64,000 bases of DNA, taken from Auanema rhodensis. Lineage: Eukaryota; Animalia; Nematoda. Position 1 is the stretch's first letter. Each line of letters starts with the position of its first letter. Shown one piece after another: positions 24,630 to 37,019 of this stretch. The notes below the pieces were generated by a model, which saw only the letters and a program-made list of their open reading frames with translations, did no database searches and had not been told where the DNA came from. The translations under genes were made by a program, and so were the position numbers. Where the stretch lies: assembly GCA_964057225.1 (NCBI GenBank), contig OZ059897.1:12834001-12898000 (forward strand), read 5' to 3'.

Positions 24630-27600
24630 CGCAGGATGGAGGCGGTCGGCGATGGAACAACGATGAACGGACGATGGGCCTAATCAGATAGAAACAGTGA
24701 AGGCTGATGTTACTGATCAGACAAAAGTAGATGAAACGTGATTTTCGGTACATAATTGAAAACAAAAATTAATTTCAGTGTATGTCAGAGAATGGATAAA
24801 ACTGAGAAAGCGGAAAACGAAAGAACTAAATAGAAAGTGGATGGAATGAGGCAAGTGGATTATTCGTTTACTTTTATCTCACGTGGAAAGGATTAATTGA
24901 AGCTAAAAGGTGAAATTATGGGATCGCATAATCGAAATTGGAAACCTGATGGATGAGGGAGAAAAGAGGGATAGAAAGAATTAGAGCCACAGATAGAACT
25001 GAATACCAAAGCCTGTAATGGCTGTCTTTGGATTGTCGAACTATTTTGGGATACTAGCGCCGCCCTCAGTAGTTGCCACGCCCCCTCCCCCTTTTCCCCC
25101 CTTTGAACATCACTGTGATTTGATGATATTTTGTGTTCAAAGTGATAATAAAGGTAAGATAAATGCTATGAAATACATTAAACGTCAACAAAGGTATATG
25201 ATTTATTGAATATTGTTAAAATATTTAAAGAATAATACTAAGAATGAAAGATAGGATAAAATATGAAACATGGTATGATATTCAATTCAACAATAGAAAT
25301 ATATATTAAAATGAAGGGAAATCTATTGAATTTCTGGAATGTTTTTGAGAAAGAAGAAATCACATAGATTTAATTAGAACTTTGAAAAGTTAATAGAAAG
25401 GATCGGATTTCCAATTTCTTTTTACTACACAAGTTTTCACATGTGGGGATGGAAATAATCGTTCCACACGATCATAAGTCAAATGATCGGCATCTCTTTG
25501 TGTTTTCAATGATGGAAATAAGTCACATCCAGGACTATTTTAGGTGGAAACCGTAAAAACTAAGCGGGTGGTCGACAAAAAAATAGAATCGCCATTTGAT
25601 GAGGTATCATCTGTTGAGGTATACAATAGCTATGAAAAGAATTTCAGCAGTCAAAATTGAGTTTGATGAGAATAGAAAGATTTGAGTAGAGATATGCCTT
25701 TTTCTCAACATTTTTTGAAAATATGGCGCTATATAACAAAACAATTTCAAAAAGCGAAGAAAAACCGATGTGAATTCAAAAATCAAAAATAAAATGAAGA
25801 ACATTATTGAAGTAACAACGACAATGGAATGCAGTTCCTAAGAATACACGTAAAGCACTTCAAGAATCCAATGAAGTCAGTTCAACTAATTCAAAAATAT
25901 ATAGTTAGTTATCTAGTTATTATTAAGTCATCACTAAAATATAAGGAAAATAGACTATTCTAATAAAAGTTTAACAAACTTTTCTTAAAGTCATATGTTT
26001 TCATTCACACAGCTGGCACATAAAGTTTAAGCATGATATATGCTTGATGTTTATATGAATCGAGGATAGAATTTGAAAACTTTTACTGGAACAAGTTTTA
26101 TGCCAATGAGCTTCCATGAAGCATAACAGCTTTTGACTATTTGTGAAGGAAAGAAATAAGTAAAGCATGAAAATAGCTGTTTTTTTTTAGTGAAATCGCT
26201 TCTTAACTACCCATTGAGGACTTGTATACGATAATGAAGAAATCAAAAATTTCAAAGCTACTAAAGTTCCAAGAATTGAAAAAATGGTAAAGCTTGTCAT
26301 GAGTCCTTACATGGTACGCATGACGCATATTCTTAAAAGTAAATAAGACTAGACAATTAAAGAGAGATGTAACGTGCTCTGCTCATAAGTACGTTTGATG
26401 TCATGTCATGTCATAGAAGGACAGGGTCATCACTTCCTGTGTATCGTTATCTTATTATCTATACCTATACATATAATCTACGGTTTTTCTTTTAATTCAA
26501 AGGCATCCTCCAATAAAACCATAATTTTATTAATATTTCTGATTGAACGGTAATCCAGCTTAAGATACCATCATCATAAAATGTTTAAACGAGAAGAAAG
26601 TTATTTAAAATATAAAAATATATGTATTTCGCTTGAATATACCAGATGCCCTAACGATTGTAGAATCATAAATAGCCATAAATGAATATTTTAGCTTCTC
26701 AATATCTTTCAATATCTGATGAACAAATAAAAGGTGTTTTTACGGCTATCTTGAAATTCAAATTTGTTAGAATCACCGATAAAGGTTTACAGGCATCTTA
26801 TAAAAGAGGGCCAAAGAGGGCTCGTAATTGGAGAAGGGAAAGGCAAGTAAGGATAATATGGGATCTGAACCATACAACGAAAGATATAGGGAAGACTCTG
26901 TTAGGCAAACAAGGGATTAGCACAAGACTAAGAATAGAGAAAAGGCCAAAACACGATTGTAAAAATAAATAAATAGTTAGAAATATATATGAAATTATTG
27001 ATTGAAATTCTAGTATTGTTGAAGTATTATTGGAATATCCATACGAAATTTTATCTTCTAAAAAGTTCAAATTTTAAATAAAATATACACATATGTGGAG
27101 AAAATTATAATAATATTAATAATATAACAGTTCATTATCTGAGATAGATCTTATCGTGATCATATAAATCAGCATGGATTCATTTATAAAATTATTTAAA
27201 TTATAATATTACCGTAATCTTCTGACGCTTTACTGTCAATTTGTGATTTAAAGGTTTTTTTTCCTCAACGTCTTCAGATCATATACGAAATATAGATAAT
27301 AAAGAAGAGGTAGAAGAGAAGAAGAATAATAATGAGGAGGCTTGAGGATAAGTGGTACGAAGGACAAAGGCTAAAAATAGATAAATGTCTAAGAAACACA
27401 TAAATACAGTTTTATGTGAGGAACTAAAAATACTAGGTGTCAATGCGATTATAGGTCTATATATCTCTTTTAGAATGGGGCCTGGACTATTCTTCTGACC
27501 CTGCTGTTACGTTCAGCAGATTTTATTTGAATAGAAAAGCTGTTTAAAAGGGTTATAAGTAATTCTCAATAAGGAAGGGATAAAACATGTACATGTACAT

Positions 27601-30600
27601 TTGTATTTTTAAAAATCACATTTATTTTATATTGTTGTAAGCATACTAATTTCTGATGTTTAGTTCGCATATTGCTGGAGTTGCCGAGCAAACATTTGGA
27701 AATTTCATCTGTTCTAAATTCTTTTTTCAAACTTAAATGCATTAAGAAAAAAAATCTCTCAATTTCTTTGAATTTAGCAGAAAAGATAGGTGATCGTCAA
27801 GATGTAACTTGAAGTTATCTTGTACCTTGTATCTTCAAATTCAAACTACTACCCCCTAACAATGATAAATGGCTCTTTGTATTAGCATCATAATGTGTTT
27901 CTGAATTCTAAAGCATAACAAATGTTTATTTCTCTTCTACCTGATCTGTCATTATTTGAAAACAACATATCTTATACCTTTTTTTTTCAAAAAAGTTTAT
28001 ATAACAACTTACAAGGACAGATTTATGCATATATTATATTTAATTATACTAGAATGTATTTCAATAATTCTCTTTAATCTGCAGATTAGAAGAATGAGCT
28101 CATTTTACTTCTTCTCCGGAATTTATATGTAAGCAATGATAAGACAATAAGTTAGTTTGAGAAAGTTTGACCTTGCCAGCTGCTTCAATATTTCGGACAA
28201 CGAGCTATGGCCGTTCATCCACAACATTTGAATTATGTCATCCTTAAAAGGCGGCAACATCAAAGAATTTCTCGACAACGTGAATCAAACATTTGCCGTT
28301 AGTGGCATTGGGGGTTTCGAGCCTTTTGTGAAGCATTATTTCGTGGGCATCTTTTATTTTATTCGAGGTCTGTACTATGAGGGTTTCAATAACTATTGTT
28401 GAGAAATGAAGAAAAAAAAGAGAAAGTGGTATCGAATCAGAAAAGAATTGAACTAAACTGATAAACATGAAGAAAAAGGTTTTGAAGTTAAGTCTGAAAA
28501 CAAAATAAGAAGGCTGCAGTTGTGCAAGCATCGTCCGATGATAATGACAATATTTACAAGAATTCCTAATAAATAATAACTATTATTATTCTTATACGTT
28601 CATTCAAATATCATTACTTCAGCTGACGTGATTGCGAACTATTTATTAAATAAATAATAAACTTAATAACATATTTATATACAAATATTATATAAAAATA
28701 TATAAAAAATCATCTAATAAATACATATATCCATATATATACTCATATATCTTTGCATAACTATTAATATAAAAATTTTAAAAAGTTAAAGTTTTATATC
28801 GATTAATTTCTATGTTTATGCATATTTATATTTATCATGGATGTTTAATTTTGTTTAAAATTTCTATTTATTATGTTATTTTATATAGAATTTATTATAA
28901 AAAAGTTTGGTATACACATAATTATGATTTTGAAGAAAGAACTTTTACTTGTGTTAAATGCATTACTTATTTCAAACTTTAGTAGATAGCATCTTCACAT
29001 GTTTTGATAAGGATAGCTTATCATGTCTATAATATCACCAATTTTAATCAATTAAGCACATAGCGATTTAATGAACGTACTCTTTTCGACATTTTTTTTC
29101 CCATTTCTTTTGGTAATTAATTTTCTATTTTATATAAGTTTTTTTCCTTTTTCATTTTTTATTATGTTATCATAAAATTTAATCGAATATTATGTATTAA
29201 GAGTTTCCAATATGATGTTGGTCTGCTGAACATGTTGAGAACTTATAGCCCGATACAACAAGACCTATGCGAAATCCTGTTTCATATTTGAACATTTTCA
29301 CATCTTTCTATAGCAATGGATAAGCTTTAACTAAAATTGTCGTTGGGCTTCTTAAGTTTTCTCTATATCTTCATGTTAAAAGATTCATTTTCATCGTTCT
29401 TTTTGCAATTGTCATTACACTATGTGAGTTATTTTACGTTAATCTAATGTATGTAAACTGTTAGGTGTTTTTTAAAATTTTGTTTTTTAAGATTAAGCTG
29501 AAATCTTGAAATTATCTTTTAATTAAAACTATATATAATTTGGAGAAAGTTTCCGTTTCTTTATTCACTCGCCTATTTGACCTATTTCATCGCCGTCAAA
29601 GTCCAATTTCTGCAATTGATTAGTTTATGTCTTCGATCCTACTAATTTTTTCTCAATTTTAATTTTTGCTTCATAGTTTGTAATGAATGTATAACACTAT
29701 TTAATAACTCTTGCCTATGAAATTTATTGTTTCGTATATGAATGAGCTGAGCCAATTTTGCATCAACACTCTACGTCTATATTAATACAAAATAACTTAT
29801 TGAACCCAAAAATAATGATTCAAGCAAGAAGCGACAGAGAATTATTAATTGCTGAAAATTGCTGTGAAAGTTCCAATCATTATGTGAATATTACAATTAA
29901 AAATATAAAAAATATGAAAAAATCAAATAATGCATTACCTATGAGGACAATGTATTTGTTTTTCAAATTCTTCATTGACTTGACTCACCGATATATGAGG
30001 CATCTTCGCAACTATTGTTGAAAGATCTTCTACATCCTTCATGTTGTCTAGCCATTTTCACTAAGTGACGTAAATCGATTTGCGCATTCTGTGTCCAGTA
30101 TGAATACTTATTCGAGTCAGTCATCTTTAAAGACATCTATTCAGTTTCCTGAAATTCCGCTCAGTTTTAGACTGAATTGAAGTGCTTCTGGTTCATTTTT
30201 TGGTATTGCTACATGAATAATTATTAATTGAATCCATACATTAGATGCAACCATATATGTTAGTGTGTTATAAGAATATATTGATTATTATGACTCTATT
30301 CTATTCTTTTATACTCCATTTTATAAAACATTATTTAAATTTTTTAAAGCTATTTAAACAAAAAAAAACCTTTAATTAGATAAATATATTTGATTTCTTT
30401 TCATCAAAAAGTGTGTAACAATCTTCCGAATGATGCATTGCGTCGTGTAATGGTTCAAAACATAATATTAAAAGAAAATCTATGTAATTTTTGAGTACTA
30501 ATCTACAAATGTATTTTTAATATATTTAATAACCTATATTCTAGTTATTTAAATCAAATTTTGTTATTATTTCATTATATTAATATAGTTTATCATATTT

Positions 30601-30949
30601 GAAACAATAACTATCAAAACAGCTTTCTTTATAAAAATTTATATTTAGAATATAAGTGACCGATTGTTTTTTCATTTCGAAGCCTAAACATCTGTCATAC
30701 TGCTGTCAATTGGTTCTCCCGTTGACCTTTGTTTATTCTGTAGATCGACACCATCTCTTCATATTCGTTATGTTCTTTCATTATATTTCTTATTCTTCTT
30801 ATATTAAACCACTACCCTCTCTAACTAAAATATATTTTTTTTATTTCCAGATGTTAATCATTTTCTTTTTTAAATTTTTTTCTTTTTTTTATGTTAAGCC
30901 TTTTTTTCATTTTAGATTCAAACTGAAGGGTTCCGTAGAGACATCGTTG

Positions 30950-33900
30950 ATGCGCAAGCTGAGCAGGACAACTGACGATGACCCGATTATTAGTAAGTAG
31001 CTTGTAACGATTATTGAATTTTTTTTTAAAGTTACTAATTGTTGTACAATGCTTTTTATTATATATACACATCTATAACGTTAAAAAATAGGCAATAATA
31101 TTCACAATTAATTTCAATAATCATCAAAATAACCACTTTCTAATAATAATAAATGTTTTATTATTTTTCATGGATCAGTTTGCTCAAACGCTGAATATAA
31201 TAGCAGAATTGTGAGAATTTCTTTTCTTTTGAGTTGAGTCAATAACCATGACAATTAAATATTGGAAATGATAGTTTAATTGAACTATCTGACAGTTTTA
31301 AGTCGGCTCTATGACTATGACCTGTCTCTTGGACATTCGACCGGTCTGTTTGTTGAACAGCTCCGGCTCACTCATTTCCCTCTTTATACACATCTCGTTT
31401 ACCTCTTTCGTTTCCTTTTTACTTTCCACTTTCTTCCACTTTCTGTCATATTGATTCTTTCATCTCAAAATGTCTATTTTACCTCGTAAGTTTATGATCA
31501 GATAAATGTATAAAAGGATAATATTTAAAATATCTTCAAAAAAACAACCGCTTATTAAATAATTTCAATTAAAATGAAATTTTAATTAGAAATTAGCATT
31601 CTTTATTGATCTTTCTAATAAGTTCTTATTATGCTTATATTTCAGGTAATTTTCGTAGAGGAATGGTCCGCCATGGCTTCAGACGCTATATTTATATGAT
31701 AGCTTTAGTATTATTATGCTTTCTTATTGTTAGATGGTTCTATCGGCAGCCCGTGCCATATTCCAATTCTGTTCAAGTTGGATATAAAGGAGAAGTAAGA
31801 TTTTTATTTTTATATTCAACAAGTATTCAATCAATTATTTTGATCATATCATATGTTTTTACTTATACTCGGGTGCAGATTGTTGTGAAAGTAGTTTTAA
31901 TTGCTGCTTTTAAAAGTGAAAACATGAAAGTTATATATGCATCATTGCCATGTATGAGAATTATATCGAATATTGTCAAAGTTCGATTAAACTATGCATT
32001 CCCATCTTATGAATGATTTAAAAATCAAATGAAAATAATGTTCAAGTGCCCAGATGTAATTTGAGTTAAGATTAAGAACTATTGGATGATTTTTTAGTCA
32101 ATCTCTTCTTCGTAATTCATTATTTTAAAAGATACTGAAGCATCCATCTATAACATTTTTTGAATCAGCTGCCGTTCTTTCAATTGCTTTTTCGAAGTGC
32201 TAAATCTCATACCAAGTTTCATTCTCATTTTTGAAAGTACTATCATGTCTTTACTCTTCTATCTATTTCTACTGATTCTTCTGGTTAGTTTTTTAACATA
32301 TATTTTTTTAATATTGGAAATATATATATAGAATTTCTATAGTTATGACTTATATATGTATTGAAAATATACATAGTATATACATAAGCATAAATTTTAT
32401 TTCAAGCAAGACTTTCAAAATATTTTAATATTCATTTTAAAGTAAAATGCATTCCACTATACTTTAAACATCTATAAATCACAAGCTGAATCATCACCTA
32501 TAAGATGTAGAGGTGAAAGTTAAACAGCATATGCTATAACATGAGGATGATAATTTCAAATGTCTGTGTCTTCAGCTTAAGCGTAATTCATATCTTATCC
32601 TAACTTTCTTACTTCTCATTTAGTATCTCATGCCCTCCGTCAACTCATCACATCAGTAGAATGATGTTGTAATATCAAATTTGAAGGAATTGTATCAGTT
32701 CATTCATTTAACTATTTCGACTATACATGCTATATCTTCTCTTCTTACGTATATCTGACCTATACGTGTTTTAAAAGTTATTAATGGAACAAATTTGAAT
32801 GAAATATTCAATTTTTATTTCTTTCTATTAATTTATACAATTTTTGAAACTTATCCTTTCTTATTTCTAATGTTTTTTCCCCCCAATTATTCTGAGAAAA
32901 AAATCATTTAAGAATTATATAATGACTTTCCGCTCTCCTTATCGAAAATCTCCTCTCGTTTTGAACACAATAGGATTCGAACTATCTTTCATTGAAATCT
33001 AAAATTTCACCTCAGGTCAAATCAGTTAAATTTGTTCTGTGTTCGAATCACCATTAGAGCTTCAATCCATATTCTTCTGATACTTTGTTTTCACACGCTG
33101 TCCTTTATATCAATTGATTGCATTTATACATTTGATACGTTTAAAGCATACTTTGTGATTTAAATTTCTACAGAGAAGATGCAACTCTTAAGAAAGTTCA
33201 TCCTTTCTTTCATTTCCATCAACTATGTTGTATGCCAAGATGCATTTCAATTACTTAAAAAGGATCTCGAAGCATTAGACTGTTTATTCTTTCGTCGAAA
33301 CTGTTCAAATCATTTAGCAGACTTATCATCAGCAAGTCGTTTGTTCTCAAAAGTAAGATCAAATACCTCACCAATAAATTATATTAGTCCAAAGTACTCG
33401 AAAGTATTATACTAATTCAACATATTTTTAGATTATGTCACCAATTAGACCTGAATCTACCAAATTGAACACAGTAAATCTAGAAATTTTCATGGAGTCT
33501 CAGTGTCCCGATACATCAAGGTAAATTTTATTATATTATATTATATACTACGTGAGCATAATTATTCAAATCATGCATATATTTTTCAGATTTATTCATA
33601 AACAGTTGAAAAGAGCATGGGCTAGCTTAGGAGATACGGGTAGAATAGATTTGACAATTATTCCATTTGGTAAAGCTAGATGCATCGAAAAAGGAGATGA
33701 TTTTGAGTATGTATTTAATACAAATATCTTTCCTTCAAAGTATTTTTAGATGTTCTTGCCAACATGGACCAAATGAATGCATTTTAAACCAGCTGATGAA
33801 CTGTGTCATCGATAGAATCGGTTTTCCTGATAAATATGTTCCGATTATCGAATGTATACAGGTACATTAGAAATGAAAAATAAAAGTGAAAATAAATTTA

Positions 33901-34506
33901 ATTTCTTAAAGGGAAAACAAAATTTGGATTCTGCCATGTCTCAATGTATTGTGAATAATTCTCTTTTGAATGATAAACAGTAAGTTTCCATAAAAATCCC
34001 GTTGCAATGACAAAAACATAATTCAATTTGGAGAAAAAAAGATTTGAAAAAAGATTTTTTACAAAATTCACTAAAATTGTTTTAATAAGATTCTGTATCG
34101 AACCATTACATCTCATATGCAGGTCTATTCAATTATTTTTTCGCCTCTCTACGAACGTATAAGCATTACATAGACAATCATAATCTTTCTAACTCCCAGA
34201 ACATTTAATTTTCAATCTTCGAATTTAATTCAATCAAAAATTTTATTACCATGTACGACTAAAGTATCTCAACTATAACCATATTTTTTCAGAATGCTTG
34301 ACTGTGCTAATGGCCCTCGAGGACGTAGACTTCTTGCTCTTGCTGGTTCAAGAACAGTTGGATTGAAACCGGCAATGACATTCGTACCTTGGATAGTCAT
34401 TGATGGCGAAAGAAATTCCGATGCTCTCTATGATTTGACGGAAAACCTGTGCAAAAAACTTGAGCCAGCTCCAGAAGCATGTTCAGTTTACGAAAATAAA
34501 ACATAA
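30950..34506 (+). CDS. GILT-like thiol reductase with alternative first exons
   Basis: FMESQCPDTSRFIHKQL; IIPFGKA; CQHGPNEC; FVPWIVIDG; long form starts at 30950 (signal anchor), short form at 33179. Confidence 0.9.
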
Positions 34507-35370
34507 TCTCTAATGCTTATCATGACAGCTAGTTTCATTTAATTTAAAAAATTTGAGTCGTTAAGATTTCTTTTGTTTTTGTTCAAGCGTATGCCATGAT
34601 GTTTTGATTTATTTCTAAGATTCTGTACAGATTTTTAAAAAGGAATATTCGACGGGTTCTAGTCTATTCAAATACTCGTCTGGCATTATTTTCCCCTTAC
34701 ATATGTATATTATATATCTTTTTTAATTTATGTATACTCATCTTATATATATATATTTATAATATGCAACATCTTAACATCGACCATGTGCCTTTTATAT
34801 TCAATAATAGAAAAATATAGTAAAATTAATCAAGGGTTTTGGCAATTGTCTATATTCAACCAATAAATTTGTTTCTTTCAAGTCTTATTGACAAATCTTA
34901 TTTTAATAATACTATTATTAAAATCAAAAATTAAACACATTTCTTTTTTCTTTCTCTCTCCTTATTACCTTTCTATTTCTTTAACGAATTACAGTGAATC
35001 CTAATTCACTACAAAAGGATTGTTTTGATTTTGCATTTCATGACTACGTTCTGTTTCATATATTATTTTATATGCAAATATTTATTCCTTGCATGTGTCA
35101 GCATAATTAACATTAACTTTTATTTCACTTACTTATATTTAATATTATTTAATGATATATTCTTTATTAACTGACGTATGCATGAGATTACTTTCGAGGT
35201 TTTTGATATATTCGGATAATTGGCATTTCCACCCGCGGTGTTCAATTTTATTTTCTAATAGTTTTCTCAAATTCAACAAAATGAACGTCTTTTACTAACT
35301 ACTCTAGTATTCAACTGCTTGAACTTATTCAACACAATTCAGGATATAACGTCATTTCCAATATAAACTG

Positions 35371-36645
35371 ATGGGCTGGGTTTCTGAAACTGAAATCTAT
35401 ACTGTATTTCTTATTATAAAGGTGGTGCAAGAATTATTACTTATTTTCTGTTTTATTTTATTTGTATCTTATGCTAATATTTTAATGAGCACAGGAGTAA
35501 GTAATACAAAGAGAATACTATAAACAAAATTTTATCAATCAGATTTATCATCGTAATCTATGCACTTTGTTAGTAGCTTTATCGTTTCAACAGCTAATGG
35601 TAGTTGTACCATTTTCTGTTTTGGATCTGAAATGGTCTTTGGGATATTATGATCCACAAACAGATGTAATTGTGTTATTTTTACATAACGTCGGTAATAA
35701 ATAGTATACATGTCTAAGATTTATTGAAAATGTTGAAGGAGTATTCGGTTTTGTTTTCAATATCCCCATGTTAGCTATTGAGAGGATCTTTGCTTATTAC
35801 TATGTTGAACGTTATGAACATATGAATAAAGTCATACCTTGGACATCAATATTTCTTATAGGAATTCAGGTACTAGTGAGCAATGCACAAGAACTATCTT
35901 GTTTTTTTATAGATATTTTTTTCAATAGGATTTGTAATATGTGTTCATTTGGAATCATTCGATGAAATATCTACATTTGTTATAACTTTTTCTTCTTTTG
36001 CTATTGGATCATTAGTAAAACTTAATATAAATGTTTCAAATTCTTCATTCATTATTCCAGGTTTTCTCAATTATTCCAGCTTTAACCAAACGAGCTTTTT
36101 CTTTAATACGAAAAAAAGGCGGAACTGTATCGGTAAGCACATAATAATATAGCTAATTCATTTATCTGAATACAGAAGCGATATCAATCCACTGAAAATC
36201 TAAGAGCTTCTAAAATGTTGATGAAGTTAGCTATATACGTTATTAGTGTAACTACAGCCCAACTTACCTTTTATTATATTCACTATTTTATATTACCGGA
36301 ATATTTAAATAGCGAACTGCAACAGCAAATTTCAGCTTCTTTACTAGTTTATATGTGGCAAGCAGATGTGAGCTAATTTTTAAAGAATTGCATAATTAAC
36401 TAGGAATAATTATATCCATATATATTGCTGTATTTCAGTTTATAGCTACAGCTTTTATTATTTTACGGTCACACCGTTCTCTATACTTGAAATTTCGTGA
36501 AGGGTTACCCTCGTGCTGCAATAGAATCTTGAAGCAATCTAAGGTCACATCAATGGTTACATCAACTGATGGAAAACAGCTAGAATTTAAACCAGAGGAT
36601 CAGAAGAAAATGTATTTCAAAGCGTATGAATCTATGTGGAAATAA
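35371..36645 (+). CDS. Serpentine chemoreceptor, Sre class
   Basis: HRNL; LAIERIFAYYYVERYE; RYQSTENLR; C-terminus STDGKQL..QKKMYFKAYESMWK*. Confidence 0.85.
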
Positions 36646-36890
36646 TAGTTATAATCGAGAATAATGCAAATGTTATAAGTTATAAACAATAAATAAATAT
36701 TTGAATTCTTATTTTCTTCAAGAAGAAACAAGATATGAAACTAAAAAAGCGTTTAATATATTATAACCTAAAACAATTAGAAAATATACTTCATAATAGC
36801 GCATTGTTTTTTCCTGGAAACTCTTGCGAGCATTGTATTAAAAAGTTTTATGCACATGCTTGATAAATATACATTAGTGCTCAAATTATA

Positions 36891-36934
36891 TTTTCCCGCT
36901 CTGTCGCAAAAGGCGCGAAATCGACGTTTAAAAC
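36891..36934. promoter_or_regulatory. E2F/DREAM-like promoter elements upstream of mes-2
   Basis: TTTTCCCGC and GGCGCGAAA (reverse complement TTTCGCGCC) next to TTTAAA, ~100 nt before the ATG. Confidence 0.45.
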
Positions 36935-37019
36935 GCCATTATTTAACCTAATTTTAATATTTAATTATGCTTTTTTAAACAAAATTTATAAATTTCATAA
37001 GCTTATCATATTTCTAGGA

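Noticed and set aside
26682-27070. Overlapping 96-aa and 90-aa ORFs
   Set aside because: Low complexity, no recognisable motif and no convincing splice chain; probably non-coding
28100-28531. Moderately GC-rich block with ORFs on the - strand
   Set aside because: No coherent gene model could be built; RNA-seq would be needed
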